Assembly: GCA_964016885.1 (NCBI GenBank)
Contig: OZ024741.1
Coordinates: forward strand, 221,588,001 to 221,652,000
DNA length: 64,000 nucleotides
Source: Eledone cirrhosa
Taxonomy: Eukaryota
Direction of reading: 5' to 3'
Part shown: positions 61,325 through 64,000 of the stretch, piece after piece
Layout of the letters: every line of letters begins with the position of its first letter
Numbering within the stretch: the first letter of the stretch is position 1
Program-made: the position numbers and the translations under genes
Notes under the pieces: model-generated
What the model saw: the letters and a program-made list of their open reading frames with translations, nothing else
Told to the model about the DNA's origin: nothing
Databases searched by the model: none

Positions 61325-61737
61325 ATACTTGGTGGGAAGGGGATCATATTGTTGTAATAACATTGCCAGAAATAATAACAGAACACACTCACTGACTTAA
61401 GGGAAATATAAATAAATAAATAAATAAATAAATATATACACAAGTACAATAACAACAAACACATATAAACACACACTAGTAAACAAAGATAGAATACAAA
61501 AACCAAAACACATACACTCAAACGCGAACACACACACCCAAACGCATGCGCAGAGACGGCGACAAAAATAAATAAATAAATAAAATAAAAATGGCGTTGA
61601 CATTACAATACAATACAATAGGAGGGAACATAATAATAGTACCACTGATGATGTTGCAGATGTGCAACGAAAGAACTTTGATAGACTATATGTATATATA
61701 TATATATATATATGTGTGTGTGCGTGTGCGTGTGCGT

Positions 61738-61793
<56 letters not shown>

Positions 61794-62595
61794 ATGTATA
61801 TATATGAATATATTCTTTTAATAATATATAGTTTTAAATTATATAGATTTTAATAATATATAGATCTCGATTTTAATGTATAGATCTCAATAATTTAATT
61901 GATAATTTAATTGATAAACTAAACATTTAATCATATTTAAACACTGGTTAAAATTCTCCAGTTATTATTATTTATTTATTTTCTATTCACGATTATTTAC
62001 TTTTCCTAACTCATCCAATAAATATTTTTTTTTTTACTTCATCTTAACAGTTACGCTAATACAACAACCTATCACTTAGGGCTTTGTCTTTGTCTTTCTC
62101 TTTCTCTTTTTCTCTTTTCTTTTTTCTTCTCTTTCTCTTTTTCTTGTTTTCTTATTTTCCTCTTAGAGTTTGCTCTTTTTTCTCTTTTTTCTCTTTTTTC
62201 TCTTTCTTTTCTTTCCCTTTATCCATACTCCAACGGATTGTTTTAAATCTACTGTGATTTAAACATATCCGACACTAATTTGCATAATATACTAAATAAA
62301 TTTAATAACCCCACTATCCGGGAGCTTCCAACAGAAATGGTCGCATTCTTTAAGGGTATGTCAATATTTATTTATAAAACTGATTTATATTATATTTTAT
62401 CTGATGAAAGCACACCATAATTTAACTTGGTGTCCTTGAAATATGTATAATGAAATAAATATGGTTTTATAAATATAGTTTCCATTTGTTAATATATCGT
62501 ATTTTTACTCCAATAATTTGTTGAGTGCTTTATATCAGTTATAAAAATATTTGCTTGTTGTATCCCAACAATTTAAATTGAACTTCTACATATAT
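58945..62595 (+). mobile_element. 5'-truncated decayed Naiad-type PLE with a short inverted pLTR piece at the 5' end; 3' region interrupted by SINE B and a pLTR fragment; hammerhead at 62393-62456
   Basis: GLYRGDML at about 59019, FLDVT, CNCR, YVGAT, CRH; about 58960-59012 is a reverse-complement match to 62524-62583. Confidence 0.88.
61000..61231 (+). mobile_element. SINE-like family B
   Basis: Family similarity; duplicated CCCAGTCCACACTGT. Confidence 0.7.
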
Positions 62596-62815
62596 TTATA
62601 TCTGTATTTTTAACCGTTGGTCAATCAATGATAAACGTTGATTGCCAAATAAATTAACTATGGAGATATAAAAGATACAGAAGTGAAAACCAACCAAACA
62701 GTGAGTGTGTTCTGTTATTATTTCTGGCAATATTATTACAACAATATGACCCTCCCCAAGTATAACAATATTTGTCTCGACACACGATTTCATATCAAAA
62801 ACCTTGCAAAACAAA

Positions 62816-62935
<120 letters not shown>

Positions 62936-63144
62936 TTTGTTTAAGCGTCAGTCATACAAAAGTGAGTTAGAAGCGAAACGAAATTTAATTTCGTTTCGTT
63001 ATTTGTTTTTATCGTTTCCGCTGAACCGGTGCGTACAATGACTCACGTTCTATGCAAATTAGTCTACCCACTACTAATTTTCATAGAAAAAGCATATAAC
63101 GATATGTGCTTTTACAATTCTCCAGAGAAGCCGGAAGATGGGTA

Positions 63145-63189
63145 AATATTGCTGATGAGATGTAATAACATCGAAACTAGTCCAATATT
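63145..63189 (+). ncRNA. Canonical minimal hammerhead within an extended stem I (63117-63211)
   Basis: AATATTG-CTGATGA-GATGT-aata-ACATC-GAAAC-TA-GTC-CAATATT; outer ATTCTCCAGAG/CTCTGGAGAAT. Confidence 0.92.
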
Positions 63190-64000
63190 CCTGTCTGGCC
63201 CTCTGGAGAATAGAGGAAATGTGTTTCCTTGAAAACCCGTATGACTCTAAAACCCGGTCCGTCTGTGTGGTTACATACAGACTAGCTGACACTCACTGTA
63301 AAGTGTCTAGTGAAAAGCTGAGTACATGTACATATGTATACATGTGTGTATTTATATGCATACTAATACTTCCGTATACATATGTAGATGTACACTTTAA
63401 CTTAATTGTTTATATATATATATATATATATTTAAAAGAATAGAGGTGTAACACACAAGTTATGATATATTGGTAAACGGAAAAGAAAATGCTGACAAAT
63501 TGTTCACAGTGAAAAATAGTTTAATTAGGAATAAGTGAGAATTAGTAATAGTATTGGTTAGTATTCAGTTTTGGTTTTAAGTTTTACCGGTTGCGCATTT
63601 CTAATGCTTTTCAAAAATAATTTTGAGATAGAGCGTCCGTGATGTTTGCTCTAATCTGATTAGTTTTGGAAATTCTACCAGTTTTTATGTTAAAAAAGTG
63701 GCTCCAGCTGTATTAAAATAAGTTTTGCGCCAATTCGTGTTGCAAAAATTCTTGTGGTCAAAACAATTTGGATTGGTCGGTAGAGGTCATGTGAATGTTA
63801 AAAATTGATTTTGCGCCAAATGTAGGTTTGTGTCGGCTGATTGAGAAGTCACTGAAAAATAAGTCTTTCAAAACAAATATGTGTGTGTGTGTGTAGTAGT
63901 AGTAAAGAGGTTCGTTGTTGTGATAATGGTCAGCAGGGATGTGTGTGCGAACCGCAGCCTGTTGACAGTTCAAATGCCTATTAAGACAAGTGTAGAGGGA

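Overview
AT-rich eukaryotic intergenic or intronic DNA, with no intact host protein-coding gene visible. The SINE types and extreme (TA)n/(CA)n/(GA)n load suggest a mollusc, probably an octopus; this is inference. Most ORFs in the track are microsatellite artefacts. The window opens with a 3.7 kb array of a hairpin-containing 31-bp satellite. The rest is dominated by nested Penelope-like retroelements (PLEs; RT + GIY-YIG). At least eight copies carry Naiad-type motifs, including one near-intact 895-aa copy between direct-repeat pLTRs; there is also one Neptune-type copy and one Penelope/Poseidon-type fragment. Other mobile DNA: a Helitron (Pif1 helicase), a deleted mariner and three SINE families. 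The main hidden signal is RNA structure: by eye I find about 27 type-I hammerhead ribozyme motifs in many unrelated sequence contexts on both strands, in pLTRs and in small ORF-less modules sitting in (TA)n tracts. Fold-back inverted duplication recurs throughout, including mini-elements palindromic about hammerhead stem II and a SINE with the same fold-back. All motifs and coordinates were read manually and may be off by a few bases.
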